Shown in pieces: positions 1 through 8,070 of a DNA stretch of 64,000 bases. The notes under the pieces are model-generated. The model did not search any database and had not been told where the DNA came from. It saw only the letters and a list, made by a program, of their open reading frames with translations. The first letter of the stretch is position 1; each line of letters starts with the position of its first letter. The DNA lies in the NCBI GenBank assembly GCA_003556325.1, contig PWRF01000346.1, forward strand, positions 5,520 to 69,519, written 5' to 3'. Origin of the DNA: Bacteroidales bacterium. Lineage in GTDB: Bacteria > Bacteroidota > Bacteroidia > Bacteroidales > UBA7960. A program made the translations under genes and the position numbers.

Positions 1-317
1 TCCATCCCTCTTAATCGAAAAAACAGTTGTTTATCCAGTTCATAGGGTGAATTAGTCAAATTCCATGTTATTGGTGATGAATCTGTGCTATGATCATAAA
101 CACCAAGGACATCACCGGGTGGTGATCCTTCTAAGGTGGTGTATATGATCAACTCAATTTTAGAAATATCATCATCTTGGGGATCAACTGCATAAAAAAT
201 TTCGATGGTTGAATTATCCTCAAGTACGTTTATAGTTTCAATTGAGATCTGAGCGTGAATATCTATTGATTTCACTAATACGGTGATGCATGCAAAAAAC
301 AAGGGTAGTCTGGACAT
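1..317 (-). CDS. hypothetical secreted protein, N-terminal part only (gene runs off the window start)
   Basis: ATG at 317-315 on the minus strand, followed by an uninterrupted frame to base 1. The N-terminus MSRLPLFFACITVLVKSIDIHAQ is signal-peptide-like. It is missing from the ORF track only because no stop lies inside the window. No family recognised. Confidence 0.4.
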   Translation of the reverse strand, partial: MSRLPLFFACITVLVKSIDIHAQISIETINVLEDNSTIEIFYAVDPQDDDISKIELIIYTTLEGSPPGDVLGVYDHSTDSSPITWNLTNSPYELDKQLFFRLRGM

Positions 318-325
318 AACTGGTT

Positions 326-949
326 TTATTGTTGATCCTCGTTTTCATCGGGCACTAGCAACATGAATGTATGTATATTGTTATTTGAATAGCCCCCAGC
401 GCCTGTGCTGCCAAACCCATCTTCTGCATTGGGAGGGCTGGGCCAGCCGGTCGCGTGCTGCACAAATTCAAGTTTCAGCACAGGCACTCCCTGTTCAGAT
501 GTTTTCTGGTAAATTCCTTCTATTATTACTGCGCTTCCGTTAATATATGAATCTTGCAGGTCACTTTCGAATTCCACGATGGAATCATGATTGGTCACTT
601 CTCTGCGAGCGAGACGCGCACCCTGGGCGGGGTAACTAAGACCTGTGATTACAGTGGGTTGGCTCCCGTTGCCAAACATCTCCAGGTATATGAAATACCG
701 TTTGTTGTCGGGGTCAAGCTCGTTCGGCGTGTTTTCATGTAATACGATATACAGCGAGTCGTAATTCATCGGATGCGCCCTGAACAGCGGAGCCACATTG
801 CTCCCGGCTGCATACCCGCTGAACAACTCTTTCCACTGGATCCATTCGGGACCATCCGGCTCCGCATCGTCATCCTCGCAAGCGTAAGCCAGGAGTAGCA
901 GGGGCAGCAGCAACCAGGCAATCCGGGAAAAGGGTTGTAAGATTTTCAT
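326..949 (-). CDS. hypothetical lipoprotein, probably surface-exposed
   Basis: 207-aa ORF. Signal peptide ends in LLLLAYAC, and the Cys is followed by the acidic run EDDDAEPD, which resembles the Bacteroidota lipoprotein export signal. No family recognised. Confidence 0.55.
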   Translation of the reverse strand: MKILQPFSRIAWLLLPLLLLAYACEDDDAEPDGPEWIQWKELFSGYAAGSNVAPLFRAHPMNYDSLYIVLHENTPNELDPDNKRYFIYLEMFGNGSQPTVITGLSYPAQGARLARREVTNHDSIVEFESDLQDSYINGSAVIIEGIYQKTSEQGVPVLKLEFVQHATGWPSPPNAEDGFGSTGAGGYSNNNIHTFMLLVPDENEDQQ

Positions 950-965
950 CTGCTTGATTTTTTTT

Positions 966-1107
966 TCAGCTAATTGTTATAGAGGTGTTTATGTTTTTCT
1001 CAAAAGTTCAGGGGGGTTTTGTTGCAACTGTAAAAATGTCGAAATGTCGAAACGTCCCAATAATCATCCCGCTGAGCGTCAGAAACAATGTTCCCGAATG
1101 TCCGGGA
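966..1107. repeat. intergenic repeat family, copy A (left module + 4 octamer units + right hairpin module)
   Basis: Aligns by eye with 37575-37738 along its whole length. It contains tandem 8-mers actgtaaa/aatgtcga/aatgtcga/aacgtccc at 1026-1057, then aataatcatcc, then the hairpin tcccg-aatgtc-cggga. Confidence 0.8.
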
Positions 1108-1457
1108 TTTACAACATGGGTGTTTCATGTTTATTGAACGCAAAGAAACAGGTTGATATTGAGGAGACAGCATTGTTCCCTCCTGGTTATCATGTCAAAG
1201 GTAGCGAATTTGCCTGAAAAAGCATTGCTTCACTGAGCTTGTTACGGCGTATTTCGGCGTGCTTTGCAGGCTGGTTCCGGTATTTTCATTACAATCTGCA
1301 CAGGCACTCCTTTTCTGGACGCTTCCAAAATATCTGGCTGCCGGCTCACGTTGTATAATGAATTGGTAATGGATGGCCGGCAAACTTCAAACTTTCATTA
1401 ATTTTGTTTGTTAATTCAGGAAGGAAAACCGTTCATTTTGCATTCCGAATTCCAAAA

Positions 1458-4400
1458 ATGACAACGTTCGCAAGACTTTTAACCATACTTTCCATATTTC
1501 TGATGGCCATGCTGGCAGGTCACGCCATTGGGTTTTCCATGCCTGGCGGCCTCCAGGAGCACACGCTCTCCTGGCAATCGCCGCAGCAGTTTCCCGTAAA
1601 CGAGGATGAGTATGTCAGGGTGATCTCCTTCCACGGGGCGGTATATGGCGACAGCCTGGCCGCCATTCCGAGGTATGTATACCGTGTGGAAAGCGACGTG
1701 CCGCACTTTTCCCATCAATTTGCACTAAAAAACAAGGTGTTTGAACCGTTGTCCGCCGCTGAAGACTTGATTATACGTGAGTCGGGTTTCAGCCGCGACA
1801 GCATCGTGCCGGATATTTCACGGGGCAGCAGCCGCGGCCAGACTTTCGACATGCTGCAGTTCTATCCCTTCCGCTACCTCGAAGCGGAAGACCGCTACGA
1901 AAAGCTCGTGTCATTCGATCTGCAGCAAACCCTGGCATACGATCCGGAACTCAGGCACCACATCCCCGACAACAGGTATGCCGAAAACTCGGTACTGGCA
2001 GAAGGCAGCTGGTACAAGCTCTGCGTGGAAGAAACCGGAATTCACCGGCTCGATCACGACGACCTCGAAGATCTTGGCATCGACCCATCATCGGTCCAGA
2101 AACAGAACATCAGGCTATTCGGTAACGGCAGCGGCATGCTGCCGGAAGCGAACGATGCTCCATTTTACGATGACCTCGTTGAGAATGCCATCTACGTATC
2201 TGGTTCTGAAACAGGTACCTTCGGGGCTGACGACTATGTTCTTTTCTATGGCCGCTCTCCGGACACCTGGTTCCTCGACACCATCCACAACGGCGCTGAG
2301 AACGTCCCTGTTTTCCGGCATCGTCAGCATCTTTACTCATCAAACTCCTGCTATTTCATCACCACAGACCAGGGCCCCGGCAAGCGCATCGAAAGTCAGC
2401 CGGAAATCACTGAGGCGCCCACTGCCGAGGTGACTACATTCCGTGATTTTGCCATTCACCAGCGTGATCTTGACAACCTGCTTGGATCGGGGCGCGTTTG
2501 GTTTGGTGAGGTCTTTGATGCCACCACTAGCAGGGACTTTAGCTTTGACTTCCCAAACCTTGCAGGCGGTCATACCGCCACCGTGGAGGCTTATCTGGCT
2601 GCCCGCGCCCCTGTGCAGAGCAGCTTTACCGTGAGTGCAGGCAGCCAGCAGGCAAACATGTTTATCCAATCCATTAATCCTGCCGATTATAACGGGTATT
2701 ACGTAAGGACTGTCAATGACTACCTGGAGTTTACCGCTGATAACCAGGATGCCGTTACGGTGAGCCTGACATATAACCGTCCGGGCTCTGGAACACGCGG
2801 CTGGTTGAATTATCTTACCGTGAATGCAGACCGCCAGCTTCGTTTCACGGGAGGCCAGATGGAATTCCGTCAGCTGGATCATGTGGGCCCCGGAGAGGTG
2901 GCCGAATACGTCCTTTCTGACGCCCCCTCCGGCGTGAGGGTGTGGGATGTAACCGACCGTTTTGCCATCAGGGAGCAGGAATCTTCTCAGAACGGGAACA
3001 ATCAGCGCTTCCGCTTGCCCGGTGACAGCCTGCGGACATTCATTGCCTTTGATGAAAGTCTTTTCCTCAATCCCATTCTTGAGGGTGAGGTGCCCAACCA
3101 GAACCTGCATGCCATGTCGCCAAAGGATATGTTCATCGTGGTGCCGGATACCCTGTTGCCTGCAGCCGAACGACTGGCTGATTTCCGCAGGGAAACCAAC
3201 GGCCTGAGCGTGGGAGTGGTGACCACCAGGCAAGTGTACAAGGAATTCTCCTCAGGCTCTGCAGACCTGACTGCCATCCGTAACTTCATGCGCATGTTCT
3301 ACGAACGGGCACGCAGCGAAACAGACATGCCAAAATATTTGTTGCTTTTCGGCAACGGCACCTACGACAACAAAGACATATTTGGCTATGGCGGCAACCT
3401 GATCCCTACCTTTCAGAGCTATGCCTCGTTGTCGAACCGTACCACTTATATGACCGACGACTATTTCGGCTTGTTGTCGGCCCATGAGGGAGGGGGATCG
3501 GAAGGCCTTCTCGACCTGGGCATCGGCCGCTTGCCCGTGAGAACACTTGAAGAGGCCGGGATCATGGTAGACAAGATCATACGATACGAAAAAAGGTATG
3601 CGGGAATGGCCCCGGATGAAGAAGACATTGAATTTATCGGCACCATCTCCAATTATGCCGATTGGCGCAATCGCGTGGTTTTTGTTGCCGACGACGGCGA
3701 TAACAACCGGCACTTTAATGATGCGGAACTTCTTGCCAACAATCTTATTGAGAACTATCCTGTATATAACGTCGAAAAGATCTACCTGGATGCATACCGG
3801 CAAGTTACCATGGCCGGCGGCGCGCGTTATCCGGATGTGAACAAGGCCATCAACGAGGCCGTGAACCAGGGCGCCCTGATGATCAACTACATTGGCCATG
3901 GAGGGGTGCGCGGACTTGCCCATCAGCGGGTGCTTACTTTTGAAGACATTGCAACCTGGGAGAACCGTTACAACATGCCGGTGTTTATGACGGCCACCTG
4001 CGAGTTCAGCAGTTTCGACCAGCCCGACCCCGAGGATCTTTCTGCGGGCGTCCGAATTGTGCTGAAGCCCTCGGGCGGCACTGCTGCCATGTACACCACC
4101 ACCAGGCTGGCCTGGTCGGGAAACAACCTGACCCTCAACAACAATTTTATGAATACCGTTTTTGAGCGGGATGAAGCCGGTAATCCTCACCGTGCGGGTG
4201 ACCTGATCCGTATTGCCAAAAACCTCAGCGGGGGGGCTTCCATCCCTATGCAGCTGCGCAACTTTGTACTGCTGGGCGATCCGTCGATGCAGATGGCATA
4301 CCCGGAGCACCGTGTGGTCACTGAAAATATGCCGGATACGATCAGGGCCTACCAGGAAGTTACCATAGATGGCTATGTCACCGACCAGGCTGGAAACAAA

Positions 4401-5357
4401 CTGACCGGCTACAATGGCATGATCTATCCTACCATCTATGACAAGAAACAGACTTTCCGAACCCTTGGAAACAATACGGGCTCCAATCCTGCTGATTTTT
4501 CAATGCGTAACTCCGTGCTGTACAAAGGCAAGGCCAGTGTTGTAAACGGGAGCTTCTCCTTCAGTTTCATTGTGCCCCGTAATATTGCCTATGACTACGG
4601 AAGCGGAAGAATCAGCTATTATGTCGATGACGGTTACGAAGACGGCCATGGCTATTATGAGGATTTTGTTATCGGCGGGACACTGGACGATTTTATTCCT
4701 GACAACCAGGGTCCTGAGATCGACCTCTACATGAACGACACTACTTTTGTTTCGGGCGATTACACTGACGAGAACCCCATCCTCCTTGCACTTCTTTATG
4801 ATGAAAGCGGTATCAACATGGCTGGCGGAATAGGTCACGATATTGTTGCGTTTCACAACGACTCCAGCGACCCCATCCGGTTGACCCATTACTATGAGGC
4901 CGACATGGACACATATAAAAGCGGTCGTGTAGTATATCCTTTCCGTAACCTGGATGAAGGGCCTCATAATCTGACAGTGCGTGCCTGGGATACGCACAAT
5001 AACCCCTCGACGGCCACCATCGACTTTGTTGTTGCGGGCGGAGGCGATGTGATTCTCGAGGATCTGATGAATTACCCCAATCCATTCAGCTACGACACCT
5101 GGTTTACCTTCAAGCACAACCAGGCGTTCCACGAACTGGACGTCCGGATCGACATTTTCGACCTACAGGGGCAGCTTGTGAACACAATCGAGGAACGTGT
5201 GGTCTCCCCGGGATACCGGGCGACTCCCATTCACTGGGACGGGGTAAGCAACGACGGCCGGCGTCTGGGCAACGGCGTGTATGTGTACCGTGTTACCATA
5301 AACACACCCGACGGGAAAAGGTCGAGGAAGGCAGAGAGACTGGTTATATTCAGATAA
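1458..5357 (+). CDS. porU: type IX secretion system sortase PorU (gingipain-like C25 peptidase family)
   Basis: About 1300 aa with signal peptide MTTFARLLTILSIFLMAMLAGHA. The ATG at 1458 is preferred over the track's TTG at 1404. It has a C25-like catalytic region (MINYIGHGG ... MTATCEF) and a C-terminal T9SS sorting domain (NYPNPFSYDTWFTF ... GVYVYRVTI). It lies directly upstream of porV, as is typical. Confidence 0.85.
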   Translation: MTTFARLLTILSIFLMAMLAGHAIGFSMPGGLQEHTLSWQSPQQFPVNEDEYVRVISFHGAVYGDSLAAIPRYVYRVESDVPHFSHQFALKNKVFEPLSAAEDLIIRESGFSRDSIVPDISRGSSRGQTFDMLQFYPFRYLEAEDRYEKLVSFDLQQTLAYDPELRHHIPDNRYAENSVLAEGSWYKLCVEETGIHRLDHDDLEDLGIDPSSVQKQNIRLFGNGSGMLPEANDAPFYDDLVENAIYVSGSETGTFGADDYVLFYGRSPDTWFLDTIHNGAENVPVFRHRQHLYSSNSCYFITTDQGPGKRIESQPEITEAPTAEVTTFRDFAIHQRDLDNLLGSGRVWFGEVFDATTSRDFSFDFPNLAGGHTATVEAYLAARAPVQSSFTVSAGSQQANMFIQSINPADYNGYYVRTVNDYLEFTADNQDAVTVSLTYNRPGSGTRGWLNYLTVNADRQLRFTGGQMEFRQLDHVGPGEVAEYVLSDAPSGVRVWDVTDRFAIREQESSQNGNNQRFRLPGDSLRTFIAFDESLFLNPILEGEVPNQNLHAMSPKDMFIVVPDTLLPAAERLADFRRETNGLSVGVVTTRQVYKEFSSGSADLTAIRNFMRMFYERARSETDMPKYLLLFGNGTYDNKDIFGYGGNLIPTFQSYASLSNRTTYMTDDYFGLLSAHEGGGSEGLLDLGIGRLPVRTLEEAGIMVDKIIRYEKRYAGMAPDEEDIEFIGTISNYADWRNRVVFVADDGDNNRHFNDAELLANNLIENYPVYNVEKIYLDAYRQVTMAGGARYPDVNKAINEAVNQGALMINYIGHGGVRGLAHQRVLTFEDIATWENRYNMPVFMTATCEFSSFDQPDPEDLSAGVRIVLKPSGGTAAMYTTTRLAWSGNNLTLNNNFMNTVFERDEAGNPHRAGDLIRIAKNLSGGASIPMQLRNFVLLGDPSMQMAYPEHRVVTENMPDTIRAYQEVTIDGYVTDQAGNKLTGYNGMIYPTIYDKKQTFRTLGNNTGSNPADFSMRNSVLYKGKASVVNGSFSFSFIVPRNIAYDYGSGRISYYVDDGYEDGHGYYEDFVIGGTLDDFIPDNQGPEIDLYMNDTTFVSGDYTDENPILLALLYDESGINMAGGIGHDIVAFHNDSSDPIRLTHYYEADMDTYKSGRVVYPFRNLDEGPHNLTVRAWDTHNNPSTATIDFVVAGGGDVILEDLMNYPNPFSYDTWFTFKHNQAFHELDVRIDIFDLQGQLVNTIEERVVSPGYRATPIHWDGVSNDGRRLGNGVYVYRVTINTPDGKRSRKAERLVIFR

Positions 5358-5396
5358 ATGCTGAATGGAAAAACAATAAGCTAATTGAAAAAACGT

Positions 5397-5404
5397 TATA
5401 TTTG
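5397..5404 (+). promoter_or_regulatory. Bacteroidota -7 promoter box (TAnnTTTG) upstream of porV
   Basis: tatatttg lies 80 nt upstream of the porV ATG. The 8-mer motif alone is weak evidence. Confidence 0.35.
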
Positions 5405-5483
5405 CGGTCTTTCAAACAAAGATTTTTAGTGGTCTCTTCTTGCAAACACAGTGAAATTCAGAACGTAAAACCTAAACAATAGC

Positions 5484-6650
5484 ATGTATTCAATGAAATC
5501 TTTTATTTCGATCAAATTATCTGTATTATTTGTTGCCCTGGCTGTCAGTGTTGGGCATTCACAAGAAGGTGGGGTTGATTACGGTGCAGCAGATGTCAAT
5601 ACTATCACGACAGCTGTTCCCTTCCTGATGATCACCCCTGATGCCCGTGCGGGTGCCCTCGGTGATGCAGGTGTTTCCTCACGCCCGGATATCAACTCCA
5701 TGCACTGGAACCCTGCCAAATATGCTTTCATGGATCAGGAAATGGGAATTGCGGTAAGTTATACACCCTGGATGCGTTCGCTGGTGCCCGATATCAACCT
5801 TTCTTACCTTTCGTTTTACCGGAAGCTTGATGAATTGCAAACAGTTGCACTCACGTTGAGATATTTCACCCTGGGAGATGTTAACCTGACCAGCGAAACA
5901 GGTGTTCATCTCGGCACCTACCGGCCCAACTAGTTTGCTTTTGATGCGGCATATGCACGTATTCTTGGCGACCACTTAGCTGGAGCTATCGCTGCACGGT
6001 TTATATACAGCGACCTGACCCAGGGACAGCTGGAGGGTGCAAGTGCCGGTGTTGCCCTGGCTGCTGATGTGGCACTATATTACAACAGGCCACTAAATTG
6101 GGATACACCCACGGAATTCTCATGGGGGCTCAATATTTCCAACATGGGCAACAAAATATCATATACCGATGAGATCAACGCCGACTTTATTCCCATTAAC
6201 CTGCGCCTGGGACCCTCGTTGAACTTCGAGCTTGACAACTATAACGAAATTGCCCTGATGGTGGATTTCAACAAGTTGATGGTGCCTACGCCCCCTATTC
6301 GCGAAGATGGCGAGATTGTCGCCGGCGAGGATCCGGATCGTTCGGTGATATCTGGTATGTTTGGCTCTTTTACTGATGCCCCGGGAGGTTTCAGTGAAGA
6401 GCTCAACGAGATCACCATTTCGGCCGGTGCCGAATATTGGTATGACCAGCAATTTGCGCTTCGTGCCGGTTATTTTCATGAGCACGAGTCGAAGGGTAAC
6501 AGAAAGTATTTTACCTTCGGGCTGGGTCTGAAATACAATGTTTTTGGACTTGATTTCTCCTATCTCGTGCCCGTGGGGCAGCGAAACCCCCTGGAAAACT
6601 CCATGAGGTTTTCTTTGATGTTTGACATGGAGAACCTCTGGGACAACTGA
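5484..6650 (+). pseudogene. porV: T9SS outer-membrane shuttle/channel protein PorV (LptO), interrupted by one in-frame TAG at 5931-5933
   Basis: Track ORFs 5484-5933 and 6069-6650 are in the same frame. The only stop between them is TAG at 5931. Translation continues with no further stop (..GTYRPN*FAFDAAYARILGDHLAGAIAARFIYSDL..). The PorV-like N-terminal motif TAVPFLMITPDARAGALGDAGVSS..HWNPAKYAF is present. Confidence 0.8.
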
Positions 6651-6657
6651 TCCTCTG

Positions 6658-7140
6658 ATGGTCCGTACCGGTTTTGGTTATGATGTGCATCCGCTTGTAG
6701 CCGGCCGGCCACTGGTAATAGGTGGCGTGTCCGTACCCTCCGAAAAAGGCCTTGATGGCTATTCCGATGCCGATGTGCTGATACATGCTATAATGGATGC
6801 CCTGCTGGGAGCAGCAGGGATGAGGGATATCGGATTTCATTTCCCTGATAACGACCCGCAATTTAAAAACTTCGACAGCAAAAGGCTTTTGGGTAAGTGT
6901 ATGGAGCTGATACGCAGCCGCGGCTACGAGCTTGGCAATGTGGATGCCACGGTTTGCCTGCAAAAACCTGCGATCTCAGCGCATATCCCTGAAATGCAAA
7001 AAGCCCTTGCTGACACCATGAAAGTGGCCAGGGATCAGATAGGCATCAAAGCAACCACCACTGAACATATGGGATTTGTCGGAAGGGCTGAGGGCATCTC
7101 GGCATATGCCGTGGCCCTCCTGGTAACGTCATCGTCTTAA
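6658..7140 (+). CDS. ispF: 2-C-methyl-D-erythritol 2,4-cyclodiphosphate synthase
   Basis: Motifs MVRTGFGYDVHPL and GYSDADVLIHAIMDALLGA. The ATG at 6658 lies just after the porV stop. Confidence 0.9.
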   Translation: MVRTGFGYDVHPLVAGRPLVIGGVSVPSEKGLDGYSDADVLIHAIMDALLGAAGMRDIGFHFPDNDPQFKNFDSKRLLGKCMELIRSRGYELGNVDATVCLQKPAISAHIPEMQKALADTMKVARDQIGIKATTTEHMGFVGRAEGISAYAVALLVTSSS

Positions 7141-7914
7141 CTCAAAGCTTTCTCCCAGGTATAGTCTTCGTACTTCTTCATCACCGGCCAGATCTTCCGC
7201 CGTCCCCGCCTTTAGTATAGACCCCTCAAAAAGCAGGTATGCGCGGTCGGTAATGCTGAGCGTTTCATGTACGTTGTGATCAGTGATAAGCACCCCGATG
7301 TTTTTGGTTTTTAACTGGGAAACAATATTCTGAATGTCTTCAACCGCTATTGGGTCAACGCCTGCAAAAGGCTCGTCAAGCAAAATAAAGCTTGGGTCAA
7401 CCGCAAGCGAACGTGCGATTTCGGTGCGGCGCCGTTCCCCCCCTGATAAGGTGATACCCTTGCTCTTCCGGATATACTGAAGGCCAAACTCATCCAACAA
7501 ACTTTCGAGTTTTTCCTGTTGCTCTTCCTTGCCTTTGTCTGTAAACTCAAGAACGGCACGGATGTTATCCTCTACGCTCAGACTTCTGAATACACTTGCT
7601 TCCTGCGCCAGGTATCCGATGCCAAGTTGTGCCCTCTTGTACATGGGCTCGGTGGTAATATTTTTTTTGTCGAGATGGATAGACCCCTTGTTGGGTTTTA
7701 TCAGGCCCACTATCATGTAAAAAGTTGTCGTTTTGCCTGCTCCGTTAGGTCCCAGCAGCCCCACAATCTCGCCCTGGCTAACCTCAACGGATACATGGTT
7801 AACCACAACACGTTTCTTGTACTTTTTAACAAGGTCCTTTGTGTATAGTTTCATTCTGTTGTGTTCGTGCACTTTCTTGCCTGTATTTTCGTTCATCTTC
7901 AAAGGATTATTCAA
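7129..7914 (-). CDS. lptB: LPS export ABC transporter ATP-binding protein LptB
   Basis: Walker A GPNGAGKTT, signature LSGGERRR, and LptB-like N-terminus LYTKDLVKKYKKR. An alternative start is at 7854 (MKLYTKD). Confidence 0.9.
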   Translation of the reverse strand: MNNPLKMNENTGKKVHEHNRMKLYTKDLVKKYKKRVVVNHVSVEVSQGEIVGLLGPNGAGKTTTFYMIVGLIKPNKGSIHLDKKNITTEPMYKRAQLGIGYLAQEASVFRSLSVEDNIRAVLEFTDKGKEEQQEKLESLLDEFGLQYIRKSKGITLSGGERRRTEIARSLAVDPSFILLDEPFAGVDPIAVEDIQNIVSQLKTKNIGVLITDHNVHETLSITDRAYLLFEGSILKAGTAEDLAGDEEVRRLYLGESFELRR

Positions 7915-7955
7915 AATTATTGCCCATATAGGTTTTTAATACTATATTTACATTA

Positions 7956-7963
7956 CAAACCTA
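7956..7963 (-). promoter_or_regulatory. TAnnTTTG box (TAGGTTTG on minus strand) upstream of lptB
   Basis: Plus-strand caaaccta, 42 nt upstream of the ATG at 7914. Confidence 0.3.
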
Positions 7964-8070
7964 CGTGATTTTTCTCAAAACAGGGGAATAATCTGCTATG
8001 AATCGTTCAACCCAGCCTGTTGGCCGCCGTATTAGCGACCTGAAGGCAACAAAACAGAAGTATTACGGTA

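Noticed and set aside
954-1217. Plus-strand ORFs 954-1217 and 37623-37883, whose products share CCNC(K/Q)...KRPNNHP. They looked like a conserved small protein.
   Set aside because: The similarity is just the translated DNA repeat. In copy B the frame is closed by TAG immediately upstream (37617-37619) and needs a TTG start. Copy C does not keep the frame, and the sequences flanking the shared part are unrelated.
2340-4310. Long minus-strand ORFs (297 aa and 352 aa) antisense to porU.
   Set aside because: They lie entirely inside a well-supported 1300-aa gene. Their low-complexity, Arg/Gly/His-rich translations are typical of shadow ORFs in GC-richer coding DNA. No recognisable motifs.
5931-5933. 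Possibility that TAG is reassigned as a sense codon in this genome, explaining the porV interruption.
   Set aside because: TAG terminates several genes exactly at their expected conserved C-termini in this window: ftsY at 52199-52201, the OmpH-like gene at 10989-10991 and the LysM protein at 26264-26266. No other gene has an internal TAG.
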